A stretch of 64,000 bases of DNA from Eledone cirrhosa (GCA_964016885.1 OZ024741.1:165478001-165542000); one strand, 5' to 3'. Counted from the first letter of the stretch, positions 1-13,029 are shown. Numbers and translations are program-made. Notes: generated by a model not told the origin, from the letters alone.

Positions 1-109
1 AATAAATTTAGGAAATGCCATCAACTTCTTCATTAATTAATTCAAATACAGTGTACTATATTAGAAATATGGTCACAAAGGGTTAATAAAAGTGCTTAGT
101 AATAGTGGC

Positions 110-328
110 TTAACCCTTTACCATTTACATTACTCTATATTTACTATTGTATTTTTTTACTAAAGGCTTTATCTCACATAATTATCTCAAATAATATCGA
201 AGCTACGAGATTTTAATGTTATTTATTTTGAGAACAATACCTTATCATTAGTACGAGTGGCCAGTTAGGGCTGGTTTGAACAGAGAGAGGTGAGAGAATT
301 CTGGCCAGTTTAAATGTTAAAGGGTTAA
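110..328. mobile_element. piggyBac-type MITE, family P1 (~220 bp)
   Basis: TTAA-CCCTTTA...TAAAGGG-TTAA termini; the same body recurs about 16 times in the window. Confidence 0.85.
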
Positions 329-635
329 AATACAATTTCACAGTAATCAGTTCAGAGTGGGCAAGTGGCTACTGATATGAATGTAATGACATTTGAAACT
401 ATAGTCCAGCTAATAAGCCTTGTATAAATAGAGGTACAGCCTTCATAACTACTCAATGTATCTAAGTAATCTGAATTAGTTTATGTATGCTGTGATAAGG
501 CAGCGAATTGACAGAGTTGTTAAGGTGTTGGATTAACTCTTTCATTACCACGTTTCTAATGAAATACACCACCTGTGTTTTTTCAATTAATTTTGTAAAT
601 AACCAACAGTTTGAAGGAATTTAGTAAAATAACTA

Positions 636-822
636 ATAATTGTTTCTACTTTTTGGCACAAGGTCAGCAATTATCTCAGTGCATTACTGCTACTTTATTT
701 CATTAACCCCGTAAAGATGAAAGGCAACGTTAACTGCGGCAGGATTTGAACTCAGACCTTAAAAGGGCCATAACTCTATGCTGCAAAGCATGGCGGCTGA
801 CCCTCTACTGATACTGCCAATC
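636..822 (-). mobile_element. tRNA-derived SINE family A
   Basis: Reverse complement of the TTGGCAGTATC...GAGTTCAAATCC...TAGAAACAATTATT consensus; probable TSD TAAAATAACTAATAAT at ~625 and ~1763. Confidence 0.85.
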
Positions 823-831
823 GACCACCAA

Positions 832-1755
832 TCTATATATATAAAACTGTGGTTGTCTGTCTGTCTATCGATTTTTGGCACACATCTCCTCTTAGAATCT
901 CTCACGGAATTGCACCGAAATTGTTATACTTGTACATTGAGCCCTAGCGAAGACATCGGAAAAAAAATATTTCAAATTGACCCACCCTATCTGACGAAAT
1001 CGAATATAATGTATCGATTTTTGAGCGTAAGTTATCAGTTATTTCCCTTTGTTCTGTTTACATTGAGCGTCTTACGTAAAAAATTACGCTGGCTTTCTCA
1101 GCGTTTAAAATGACATTAACACAATACACATTCGAACACTAAGCTTCCGTTTTGCTTCATTTCCATTTAAAAGCATTTTAAAACAATATTTTTACTTGAA
1201 AACAAGTCTATTTAAAGACTACGTAAAACAAGCAAATATTTCGTCGTTAGGCGTGCAGACAGACAGTCGTGCAGACAGACAGTCGTGCAGAGAGGTGATA
1301 TACGCGTGCAGACAGATAGTCGTGCAGAGAGGTGATATAGGCGTGCAGACAGACAGTCGTGCAGAGAGGTGATACAGTCGTGCAGAGAGGTGATATAGGC
1401 GTGCAGACAGACAGTCGTGCAGAGAGGTGATATAGGCGTGCAGACAGACATAACTGATAATTTGGTTACGCTAATGTTTTTCTCTGCGTTGCAGTGTTTA
1501 CATTTTCGATCTTTGTTAATAAATAACCAGTGCAGTTTCTATCCCCAGCATCCTCTTTTGTTATAACATTCGGGTTATCGTTATGTTTTCTTAACTTCAT
1601 AAGGCATATTGTTGGTTGAGGGAATATTAATCAAAAACACCACATGCAAGTCTGCACAGTAGACATTACAGTTTTTAAGCCAAAAAAGAAACTTAACATT
1701 GTAACTTTAACACAGCTACTGAGCGACCCCGAGCAACGCCGGGCTTTACTGCTAG
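832..1755 (+). mobile_element. Non-autonomous Helitron
   Basis: 5' TCTATATATATAAAA, 3' CTAG, inserted between A831 and T1756, subterminal hairpin CCCGAGCAACGCCGGG (1728-1743); no TIR or TSD. Confidence 0.85.
1248..1450. repeat. GC-rich minisatellite inside the Helitron
   Basis: Alternating GCGTGCAGACAGACAGTC and GTGCAGAGAGGTGATATAG modules. Confidence 0.9.
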
Positions 1756-2177
1756 TTAGTTATAAAATAACTAATAATATTAATTAATAAGCTGGTGTTT
1801 AATACATAGCTTAACAAATATATTCTTCTATAACATTATATTTGATTTAAATAGGAATACTCTAAAACAAGAGGTTTGTAATCATAGAATTGGGGCAGTT
1901 TTGGAGTGGATTGGTATCAAAAGGGTTAAAATTGTCTCAGTAATTGTTCCAGCTGACTGCACTCTGAGTTCAAATCTATCAAGGTCAATTTTGCCTTTCA
2001 TCCTTTCAAGGTCAATAAAGTACCAGTCTAGTACTAGAGGTTGATGCTTCTGCTCTCTCTCTCTAAGAAATCAGCTATGTGTTGAATTGGAGAGGGATAG
2101 ACTCTACTAGGTTTTAAAATGCCCAATACATGCCATGTGTCAAGACAGTGTACCTACAATCCATCAGGTATTATTTT

Positions 2178-2358
2178 TTGGCAGTATCAGTAGAGGGTCG
2201 AACGCCATGCTTTCCAGCATAGTTATGTCCCTTTACGATCTGAGTTCAAATCCCGCTGAGGTTGACTTTGCCTTTCATCCTTACGGGGTCGATAAAATAA
2301 AGTACCAGTAATGCACTAGGTATTTGCTGGCCTTGTGCCTAAAGTAGAAACAATTATT
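2178..2358 (+). mobile_element. SINE family A (short form)
   Basis: A-box-like TGGCAGTATCAG, B box GAGTTCAAATCC, conserved GCCTTTCATCCTTACGGGGTCGATAAAATAAAGTACCAG, AT-rich tail. Confidence 0.9.
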
Positions 2359-2423
2359 TTATATTCTAGCTTTAGGTTCATTATTTGTTGATTATTTCAA
2401 TTCTTCCTGATAAAAACAAGACT

Positions 2424-2656
2424 TCAACCCTTTAGCATTTAAACCAGCTGTATCCGGCCAGAATTCTCTCATCTATTTCTGTTGTTCAAATCAGTTGTAA
2501 CTGTCCGCTCATACTGATGTTATGGTATTTTGCTAAAAAATCTCATAGATTCGACATTTTGCTTAAAATCTCATAGATTCAACATTATGTGAAATAAAGC
2601 CTTTACCATGAAAATATAATAGTAAATATAGAGTAATCCAAATGCTAAAGGGTTAA
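2424..2656. mobile_element. piggyBac-type MITE P1
   Basis: CCCTTTAGCATTT...AAATGCTAAAGGG-TTAA inverted termini. Confidence 0.85.
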
Positions 2657-5131
2657 AGTCCACAAGTGTAAACTATATTAGCAGGCCTGGCAAAAAAATG
2701 TTATATAAAAATAACGACTCAACACATTTCTGGGGTTTGTGACAAATTTCTTTTGAAAAAAGATGCATTGTAATTTTAAAAGTTTGGGAAGACCTGATAC
2801 TTTACATACATTCATCGCTATTTCAGAGCACCGATACTAATTCCTAATTTTTGCTGGACCGGCAACCGCTCTGTTTAATCTCTTAAACATCACTGGAATT
2901 CTATAAGGATCCAGCTTATGTAAATCTCAGCAGAAGCGAAGGGATATGCAATCTAGATAACCGCTAAGGAGTGAGAAACGGTCGTCAGTTGCTTCCCTTT
3001 GCTTTTGCCGAGACCAAGTAAGTGCTGTAGTCATTACTTTAAAACTCATAGCAAATGGTCTTCAAAATGTTTTTAAATAAACATACAGTATATTATCAAA
3101 TATACTATACATACATTCTACTGTATAATTTACATATCCAAGTTTCATAATACTTTTAGAGAGTAAATTATAATATAGTAAATACATATTATTCATATAC
3201 TTTTCACTTTGTTAGAAATGGAGCAGAGATGTTAAAGGTGATAAATCAACCTCCTTAATAAAATCCAGACATTTCATGTCATTTTTTTTTTCAAAGATTT
3301 ACTGTTCACTGTCTACACTAAAGAAGACAAGAAAAAAAATATTTTCAACAAAACTGATCAGAGAGATCAATAGCTTGAAGCAGATATAAATAACAAGATA
3401 TGAAATCTTGCAGTGGGAGTGTCAAATTGAAGATGTTAGGGTATCACATTTGAATTCATTCAGTGCAATGTTAAGGTATAGTAGCATTTACTCTATTCAC
3501 TAAATTATGAAGACTATTTCAAGTAACACTACCATCCATTCTCCTGTACCTTATATCTCAATGCTATCAATAGACATTATAAATATAAATATAAATATAG
3601 ATATATATATAAAAAAAAACCAGAATGAAATAGAGTTAAATACATAGATTTTCTCCTGATCAATATAGAACGGTTTCTTTAAATATGCTGTAATATGCTG
3701 CAAGCTGCACACATAATGCAGCAGCTAATCTTGTCTGCAAGTTTTCTGACTGAAAACTGGGTTATTTCTATTAGAATGCTTATTACAACATACCATAAGC
3801 TTAGCATGCTTATTACATTTAATCTTAAGATTCTTATTACATATTGTATTAGGATGTTTGTTATATATCATAATCTTAAGATGCATATTGCATATCATAA
3901 ATTACTAATCATGAAAAAATATTGATAATATCTAAAATGAATAGTAATGATAATATAAATTCAAAAATGGCTGGTATTGATGAATTTTAAATGAATAATT
4001 TATTTTCTAACAACAAAAAAATTGGCAGATATGTTTTGAAAGTTGGAAGCAAAACTTCAAAACTGTTGACAGAAAATAGTGAACAATGAAAAATATACAA
4101 GTTAATGGCCGAAAGTTTTTGAGACAGAAAGGCAAGATTGATTTTACATACAATTTAGAAAATATAATATTAGACATTCAGAATTTCAAATGTAAGAAAT
4201 TAATGCATAAAATATGTTGTAATTTTCTTCTTCAAAGATACACAATGCACTCACTTAGATCAAAGTGTATAAATGAATTCCTACTAGAATCTGATGTGAG
4301 TTGGAACATACATACACAAACAAATACACACATATAGATATATACACACATTAATTTCAAAGTCAACTGTGACTTGTTTGTTTTGACTAATGAGGGCATG
4401 TTTATTTATTATTTATTATTAGTCAACAAACATTAGAAAAAAATTAATTAAAGTTTTAAAGTTGAGGAAGTTATTTCAATTGCTTTCATTCAAGTTCAGT
4501 GATAATTTTATATTCAAATTACTTGTTGAACTCATGCAAGCATGGAACATAAAATGGAGAAGATAATGATGATGACACAAGTTTTAAAGAATTCATGTAG
4601 ATGTAAAGAATTAGTATCTTTAGAAGGTATGCCTAGTGGTTAGGGTGCTGGACTCATAAAGGTCATGGATTGGATACCTGGACCAGGTGGTGTGTTGTGA
4701 TCTTGAGAAAAATACTTTATTTCACATTGCTCTTTCTGCCAGATATGACCAACAGATAGTATCAGCAATGGAAAGACCAACAGAAACATTGTTTTCTTGG
4801 GGTTTAATCTGATTATTGGGCCCTTGTCTTTTGTTTTAGAATTGAATAAATTAATATGGGCAAATTATTTTGTGTTTATGAGGAAATACCTATATGAAAC
4901 ATTCCCCCATTTTTATCATCAGTCTAATATAAACGTTAGTTATGCTTGCTACATGATGTGAAATATGGACACAACATGGCTGAATAGTTAAGTTTGCTTC
5001 TCAATCATGAGCTTGTAAATCAGTGATACCAGTATTGTTTCCTTTTAGGAGGGCAGTAACTTGAATAAGAACTGAAGACCTGTTGAACCAATGTCAATAT
5101 GGAAATCTGGCTTAAAATGATAATGAATATA

Positions 5132-5747
5132 CAGTAATCACCCGCTATATCGCGGCCCCGATACATCGCGGATTTTTTAAAAAAATATACCTAATTCCCT
5201 ATCATGGTAATCCTCGCTACATTGCTTATTTTTTGTTAGAACATATCTATTTTCTTATCGCAGTACATACATCTGAGTAAAAAGTGTTTAAAATGTAAAC
5301 TTATTAAATAAGTTCAGATGTGATTAAAGTGTATATCATAAGAAAGCAGCATGTTAAGGCTTTAACTATAAAAAAAATGTTTTAATTTTTCATTCCATTC
5401 TGTTTTACTGATTGTGTGTTTCTCTACTGTACTACAAACCCTTTATAGATTGATGGGAGATGTGCAGTGTATTACCAAGCAGCTAACATGGCTGGTAATG
5501 GTCGTCATTGGTAACTAGTGGTACGATAGTTGGTGGTAGTTTCATCACGATCGTTTCTGGATATTTTTTGTATTTAAATACAAGTGTGTTTTAATGAGTT
5601 TATATGTACTTAAAGCATGTAGGAGAGGTATTTTAAGGCTTAAACTATGAAAACAATGGTTGTCTTTAGGGTCTCTCTATAGCGCAGATTTTCATGTATC
5701 ACAGTTGGTTCTGGAACGTATCCCCTGCGATAAATGGGGGATTACTG
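5132..5747. mobile_element. pogo/Tigger-like non-autonomous DNA transposon
   Basis: TA-CAGTAATCACCCGCTATATCGCGG ... CTGCGATAAATGGGGGATTACTG imperfect TIRs; no ORF. Confidence 0.7.
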
Positions 5748-5812
5748 TTTATATATAATTTGTTTTCACTCTTAACATGGTGGATACCTAAATGTATCAA
5801 TGATAATATGAA

Positions 5813-6212
5813 TTGGCAGTATCGGTAGAGGCTCGGACGCCATGCTTTGCAGCATAGAGTTACGGCCCTTTAGGATCTGAGTTCAAATCCCGCCGAGGTT
5901 AACTTTGCCTTCCATCCTTACGGGGGCGATAAAATAAAGTACCAGTCATGCACTGGGGTCGATTTAATCGACTTTCCTCTCCCCTAAATTGCTGGCCTTG
6001 TGCCTATATAAGAAACCATTATTATTGGATTGGCAGTATCGGTAGAGGGTCGGATGCCATGCTTTCCAGCATAGTTACGTCCCTTTACGATCTGAGTTCA
6101 AATCCCGCTGAGGTTGACTTTGCCTTTCATCCTTACGGGGTCGATAAAATAAAATACCAGTAATGCACTGGGTAATTGCTGGCCTTGTGACTAAAGTAGA
6201 AACAATTATTAT
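5813..6212 (+). mobile_element. Two head-to-tail SINE family A copies (long form, then short form)
   Basis: Two TTGGCAGTATCGGTAGAG starts at ~5813 and ~6030, each with B box and tail. Confidence 0.9.
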
Positions 6213-6282
6213 TCACTCCCGAATATATATATATATATAACATAATATATATTTCATACATATAGATAAAATCTAATTATAG

Positions 6283-6990
6283 TATCATCATCATCATCCC
6301 CATTTAACATCGATTTTGCCATGCTTGCATGGGTCAGATGAGTTGTCTCCATCCTGAGACAAGTCTGGCCAGGTGGAGGTGGCCACGCCATACCTTACAC
6401 ATATCATGACTGTGTGATCGTTTTTATGGCTGCTGGATACCTTTCCTAACACCAACCACATTTACTGTGTGGAACTGGGTGCCACCGTATATGGGAAGGG
6501 TCTGGCCAGTTGGCTGTGCCATACGCAGCTCATAGCAGAACTGTATTTTAGGAGCTGGGTGGTCCCATGATGAGAGAGTTCTCGTCAGTTGGTTGCTCCA
6601 TTACTTGCCCATAGTGGGGCCGCAATTGGGTTGGGTTTTTTACAGCTGCTGGATGCCCTTCCTTCCACCAACCGCATTTACAGTGTGGAACTGGGTGGCA
6701 TCAATGTGAGACAAGTCTGGTCAGTGGGCCGTGCTGTACCTTACCTTGCTCAAACAGTACTGTGTTTTGACTGGGGCTTTTACAGCTGGATGCTCTTCCT
6801 AAAACCAACCACATTAGTGTGGAACTGGGTGACACTGATATGAGGAGGGTCTGACCAGTTGACTGTGCTGTGCCCTGCTCATAGCTGAGCTTTAGTTTGG
6901 GAGCTGGGTGGTCCCAATATGAGAGAGGTCTGGCCAGTTTGTCATGTCATGCCTTGTTCATAGTGGAGCCATGTTACTGGACAGTCCTGT
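6283..6990 (-). repeat. RTE-type 3' tail with internally reiterated modules
   Basis: (TCA)n, then CCATGCTTGCATGG, then several degenerate GTCTGGCCAG...GGAACTGGGTG units. Confidence 0.6.
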
Positions 6991-7164
6991 TATATATATA
7001 TATATGTGTGTGTAGCAATATGTGAAAAAGGAAAAAGGAAAACAGTGCTCAATCGGGAAGAAAGCAGAACTATTATATTATCTATTTATGTTCATACATG
7101 GAACAAAAGTGCTACCTAAGGTTTCAAGGCCACATATATACATATTGTAACACCCCATTTTGGT

Positions 7165-7410
7165 CACAGATGACCATGGGTTTTGCACCTGTTAAGTTCC
7201 ACTCCAAGAACATAACTGGCCAAGGTGTTTTTATGGAAGACCTGCAGTCTCCCATGCATACCAGTCTCCCCTCTCCACACCACCAATGTTGTCCAAGGAA
7301 AGGCAAAGGCCAATACAGCTTGGCACCAGTGACGTTGCAACTCATTTCTACAGCAGAATAAACTGGAGAAGTGTAAAATAAAGTGTCTTGTTCATGGACA
7401 CAACGCATCT
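7165..7410 (-). mobile_element. SINE family B, tail variant 3 (5' truncated)
   Basis: Homologous to 50596-50945. Confidence 0.75.
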
Positions 7411-7494
7411 GGGAATCAGGTACAATTCATCAGGCAGACTTTCAAACAATTTCTTTCCACCCACTTTCACTCACACTAATTGATAGTTATTAGT

Positions 7495-7700
7495 TTAACT
7501 CTTTAGCATTTAAACTGCTCTCTATATACTATTGTATTTTCATGGTAAACACTTTATCTTACATAATGTCAAATCTATGAGATTTTGATATTATTTATTT
7601 TAAAAACAATACCTTAACGTAAGTATGAGCAGCCAGTTTGAAGAGAAAGAGGTGAGAGAATTCTGGCCAGATATGGCTGGTTTAAATGCTAAAGGGTTAA
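7495..7700. mobile_element. piggyBac-type MITE P1
   Basis: TTAACTCTTTAGCATTT...AAATGCTAAAGGGTTAA. Confidence 0.85.
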
Positions 7701-8289
7701 GGTATAGTATCATGTCAATCCATGTTTTGTGAATGAAATTGGATAGAAGGGTACTGTTTGGAAGCTTGTTGGAGAAACACTACCTGTAATGCTGAATCTC
7801 CTTCAGAACTGTATTAAAGATATACATGTCTGTAGAATGCTCAGCCACTTACGTTACGTTAATGTCATGAGTAGGCTGTTCCATTGATCAAACAACTGAA
7901 TATGATACTTGCCCAAAATACAATGCAGTGGAATCAAACCCAGGACCTAATGATTGCAAAGCAAACCTCTGGTTATATTTCACTCACATTCAACCTGTAC
8001 AGTTCAGCTGTTCATACAAAGCTATATACAAGTATACCTAACTCTAATTTGCTGTCCATTATCTATGATTAAGACACATCTGAGGCATGCCTGAATTGGA
8101 GTAAATGGGAGGAGGTGGTGGTAGTAGTAGTCGTGGTGGTGGCGAGGGACAAATTGTAGTCAGCAGTGAGGTTTTCATTGTATAACAAAGAAGATAAACA
8201 ACAAAAACTGACCTTGTAAAAGTTTGTGATTAAGATAATCCGACGTTTATATAGGGATTATCATTTGTGTTGGCAATATTAGGTAAGTA

Positions 8290-8715
8290 GTGTTAAGATG
8301 CTAGCCATCTGTATGAACATGTCAGCTATGTGTATTAATATGTCAGTTATGTATGTTAGCATACCAGTGTTAACATGTTGGCTATTTGTGTTAACATACC
8401 AACTGTGTTAACATGTTGGCTATTTGTGTTAACATACCAACTGTGTTAACATGTTGGCTATTTGTGTTAACATGTCATCTGTTTGTGTTAACACACCAGC
8501 TGTTTGTGTTAACATGCCATATGTATGTCAACACACCAGCTTTTTGTAATAATATGTTGGCTATTTGTGTTCACATACTAGCTGTAAACATACTGGCTAT
8601 TTGTGTTAACATACCAACTGTTAACATATCTATTTGTGTTAATATGTTGAGTATATAGAGTCACATTCTAGTTATTCGTGTTAACATACTGAGTAACTCT
8701 GCTAACATATTGGCT
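8290..8715. repeat. Degenerate ~22 bp minisatellite
   Basis: Repeated TGTGTTAACATGTTGGCTATT-like units. Confidence 0.85.
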
Positions 8716-8828
8716 AACTCATGCAGGCCATCTTCCACATGGAGAGAGTGAGACAGACAGATATATATATATATACAGAGAGTGAGAGAGAGCGCGAGAG
8801 ATAGAGAGAGACAGGGAGACATTTATTT

Positions 8829-8959
<131 letters not shown>

Positions 8960-9687
8960 GACAGTGTTCCTGAAGTGTGTGCAGCATTATGTGATCATCA
9001 ATAACAAAGCATCTACACCAATAAATAAGTAATAAAAGATAGAACTATCTATATCATCACCACAATGACCATCATTTTATTTCCTCTTTCCATACCGGTA
9101 TGGGTGGAACAGGTTGTTACAGTCTGAGTCCAGACAGATGGGGGTAACATCTTGCTCATTATGTTCCATATTTGGCATGGTTTCTATGGCTGAATGTCCT
9201 TCCCAATACAAACCACCTTACAAAGTGTACTGGATGCACTTATCATGGCACCAGCATTATAGGGGTTGTTGCATGTGAGACAAGACTGAAGAGTCCTTAG
9301 AAAACCTATATTGTCTCCATTTGATTGCAAACACTATAGTATCCAGTCACAGATTAGATTTACTATTAATGTTACAGTGTTCATATTGGCGGACAGTTGA
9401 GAATGAAATAGGAAACAAGAAAACGATTCCAAAACGAGGTAGAAACCACAAAGAGTGATTCAGAAAACTCTACATACAATTCAGATTACGCTGCCACATC
9501 AAAGGTAAATACCTTCATTCTTGTTACCAGCCTACAGCTATATAGTCAACTTTAAACATCCTGTAATGGTTTAGCAGAAATTATCTAAAAAAAAAAAAGG
9601 TTTGTTAATTCAAGTGTTTGTAGTGTTTTTACCAGTGGACAGATCCATGTGAAAATTTGCAGTAAACTAAAGTAAAGACTTTAATTT

Positions 9688-9905
9688 TTAACCTTTTAGC
9701 ATTTAAACGGGCCATAACTAGCCATAATTCTCTCACCTCTTTCTGTTCAAACCAGCTGCTCATACTGATTTTAAGGTATTGTTCTCAACATAAATAATAT
9801 CAAAATCTCATAGATTCGATATTATGTGAGATAATTATGTCGGGTAAAGCCTTTGCCATAAAATATAATAGTAAATATAGAGTAATGTAAATGCTAAAGG
9901 GTTAG
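9688..9905. mobile_element. piggyBac-type MITE P1 (right TSD mutated to TTAG)
   Basis: Family termini; inserted into one unit of a local repeat. Confidence 0.85.
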
Positions 9906-10302
9906 TGTGATGCAGCAATATTACTGTTTGTAATTTTAAAAATGTCTAGCTAGTGTGGTATCATGTGGTACAGAATATTAGCCAAACTAATTTTTCCATT
10001 CTCACCTACCTTTTACAGAACAGTTCCTCCCTTTTTATCTTCACAATAATTTCTAACAATGGCACAAGAATCTAAATTTTGTGAGGAGGAAGTATTTCAT
10101 TTAACTCAACATCCTATAACAGTTTAGTAGAAAATATCTAAAAACAGGTTAGTTAGTCAAATGTTTATAGTACCTTTATTGGTGAACAGATTGTTGTGAA
10201 AATTTGCTGTAAAATATAGTAAAGACTTTAATTTTTGATATGATGCAATCATAGTTTTGTTTCATAGTTTTCAAAAATGCCTTGGTAGTGTAGTATAGGA
10301 CA

Positions 10303-10529
10303 TTAACTGTCTAGCACTTACATTACTCTATATTTACTATCATATTTTCATGGTAAAGGCTTTACCTCATGTAATTATTTCACTTAATATCGTATCTGAG
10401 ATTTTGATATTATTTATTTTGAGAACAATACCTTAACATTGGTATGAGCAGCCAGTTACAGCTGGTTTGAACAAAAAGGAGTGAGAGAATTCTGGCTGGG
10501 TATGGCTGGTTTATATGCTAAAGGGTTAA
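10303..10529. mobile_element. piggyBac-type MITE P1, opposite orientation to the 9688 copy
   Basis: Family body; AAAGGGTTAA end. Confidence 0.8.
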
Positions 10530-11189
10530 GAGTCAATTGACTTCAGTATACTATTGGTACTTGTTTTATTCACCCCAGAAGGATGAAAAGAAAAGTTGAC
10601 CTCCTCAGGATTAATAGAACGATAATTATGTCTGCCAGTCATTTGCTTTTAATAACAATAACAACAATAATTGAAATGAGACAAATCAGCTTAACATTTT
10701 TTGTCTAACAATCAATGAAAATAATTTGAAAATTCCACTAGAGCGAAAAAAATACCAATTTAGTTCAACTGTTGAGCTTTATTTCACAAACTCCCACTCA
10801 CATGCCATATGATGGTGGTCATGGTGATGATGACGATGACCATTTCATGGCATAAAATAATAATAAGAAGGACAACAACAACGATGATGATAATGACAGC
10901 TGGTGAAGAAGTTTCAGAAATTTCGCTTTAAAAGCGATTATTAAAAGAGATGTCAAAATCATATTGTGGTGGAACATCCAAAGACAGAAGAAGAAAATGG
11001 AAAGAATGGTTGTTTAAATGGCTACTTATAGTTTAGTTTAAACTATTAACATCCTGTAATAAGTTAGTAGAAAATATCTCAAAGCATCTTTGTTAATTGA
11101 AATGTTTATAGTATCTTTACTAATGGACAGATTGGTGTGGAAATTTACAAGTCTTAGTACTATTCCCATACAGCACTGAATGCTAAGCA

Positions 11190-11393
11190 TTAACCCTTTA
11201 GCATTTAAACCGGCTGTATCTGGTCAAAATTCTCTCACCTCTTTCTGTTCAAACCAGCCATAACAAGCTGCTCATACTGATGTTAAGGCATTGTTCTCAA
11301 AATACATAATATAAAAATCTCATAGATTCAATATTATGTGAGATAAAGTGTTTACTATGAAAACACAGTAGTAAATATGGAGTAAAGTAAATG
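11190..11393. mobile_element. piggyBac-type MITE P1, right end truncated
   Basis: TTAACCCTTTAGCATTT start and family body. Confidence 0.8.
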
Positions 11394-11419
11394 ACTATTA
11401 TTATTTCATTTTAGCAATT

Positions 11420-11568
11420 TATGCTTTCCAGCATAGTTACGTCCCTTTACGATCTGTGTTCAAATCCCGCCGAGGTTGACTTTGCCTTTCATCTTTATGG
11501 GGTCGATAGAATAAAGTACCAGTAATGCACTGGGTAATTGCTGGCCTTGTGCCTAAAGTAGAAACAAT
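11420..11568 (+). mobile_element. SINE family A, 5' truncated, with TSD
   Basis: Flanked by ATTTCATTTTAGCAAT direct repeats. Confidence 0.85.
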
Positions 11569-11895
11569 ATTTCATTTTAGCAATATACTTGATGTGAAAT
11601 GTCTGTTGAAACAGATACTGTTGTGTTTTGGGAGGGTCATGCTACCAATCAAAACACTTGCACAATCCAATTTTACTAATCAGGTAAGTAACTAATTCAT
11701 TTGCACATAACTAATGAAAGACACTATAATTTTCAAATAATTTGGAAAATAATCAAGAATTTTGAGGGATTTAACATTACAGCGAACATTTCCCTTGTTT
11801 AGCTGGTGTTGAGAACATCAGCAAACAATGTTTCTTATATAAAAGTATAACGGGAAAGTTTTCAGTAAATATGCACAAAGACAAACACTTCAGTA

Positions 11896-12115
11896 TAATT
11901 GTTTCTGCTTTAGGCACGAGGCCAGCAATTTGAAGGGGAGGGGAAAGTCGATTAAATTGACCCCAGTGTGTTATTGGTACTTTATTTTATTGACCCCATA
12001 AGGATGAAAGCCAAAGCTAACCGTGGCGGGATTTGAACTCAGAACGTAAAGGGCCGTAACTCAATGCCACAAAACATGTTGTCCGACGCTCTACCAATAC
12101 TGGAAATCCTCCACC
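11896..12115 (-). mobile_element. SINE family A (long form)
   Basis: Matches the family consensus in reverse. Confidence 0.85.
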
Positions 12116-12936
12116 CACAAAGACAAACAGCTTAGTGTAATAGTACCAGAGGTGGCTTCAGGCGATTTGGTATTAAAAAGCTTTAATTCATTAATTAACT
12201 GATTAATCAACTAATTAATTAATTGTCAAAGTCATTTTGTCGCAACTTGTGACCTTATCAATGATTTTGCCCTTTGTGTCTCCTCTTCGTTCGCACTTAT
12301 TTCATATTTTCTGTTTGTCTTCTTTACGGATGCTTGTTTTTTCAGCAATTAATTTGTATAAAGTATAAAATAAAATTTTTTTTTTCTGATATTGGTTTTG
12401 TTTCTTCCTTTGTTTAACCATTCAACAATAGAACTTCAACTCTATAAGATTTCACACATTTCTAAAAAAAACTTTTATAAGAACTAGCTACCGGTGAGCA
12501 GTATGACTACCAATATATATAAAATGAAGGAAGCAATTGAGGATTGGAACCAGGTGACATTGTTAACAAGAGAAGTGGTGGTATGGTATCATATGGACTC
12601 ATAACTCCTGAGGAGATGTAGGGGTGCAATATTGACATATGGCGTTTCTAGGGCATTTTTAAAACCTGGTGGAGCCCATCTCCTCTCCAGGTATATACAT
12701 ACAAATATATATTAGAAAAAACATAACTTCAAAAGGAAAAAGAATCGACCCCTTCTGAAGTGTATAACATATTGTCTGCATTGATTTTTTATATTTTGTT
12801 GACACTGTTTTGTTTATTAGTATAGGTTTGATATAAAGGTTTGTTTAAAGGTTTGAATGGTAGGTGGGTCCTGCTTGATATGTGTTTGTTGTATTCATTT
12901 ACGTATATTTCAAGGTTGGGTGAAATTATGAAGAAA

Positions 12937-12972
<36 letters not shown>

Positions 12973-13029
12973 ATATTTGGTGAGGGTCATGTTGTTATAA
13001 TATTGCCAGAAATATAAATAAAACACACC

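Larger units (their letters stand above)
532..1928. mobile_element. piggyBac-type MITE, family P2, interrupted by a SINE and a Helitron
   Basis: Starts TTAACTCTTTCATTACC, ends GGTATCAAAAGGGTTAA; an uninterrupted relative lies at ~22405-22607. Confidence 0.65.

Noticed and set aside
2682-2797. hAT-like MITE (CAGGCCTGGCAAA...TTTGGGAAGACCTG)
   Set aside because: Weak TIR match and no 8 bp TSD.
12230-12345. Minus-strand coding-like stretch LKKQASVKK...QVATK*
   Set aside because: An in-frame stop lies just upstream, there is no splice acceptor and no recognisable domain.
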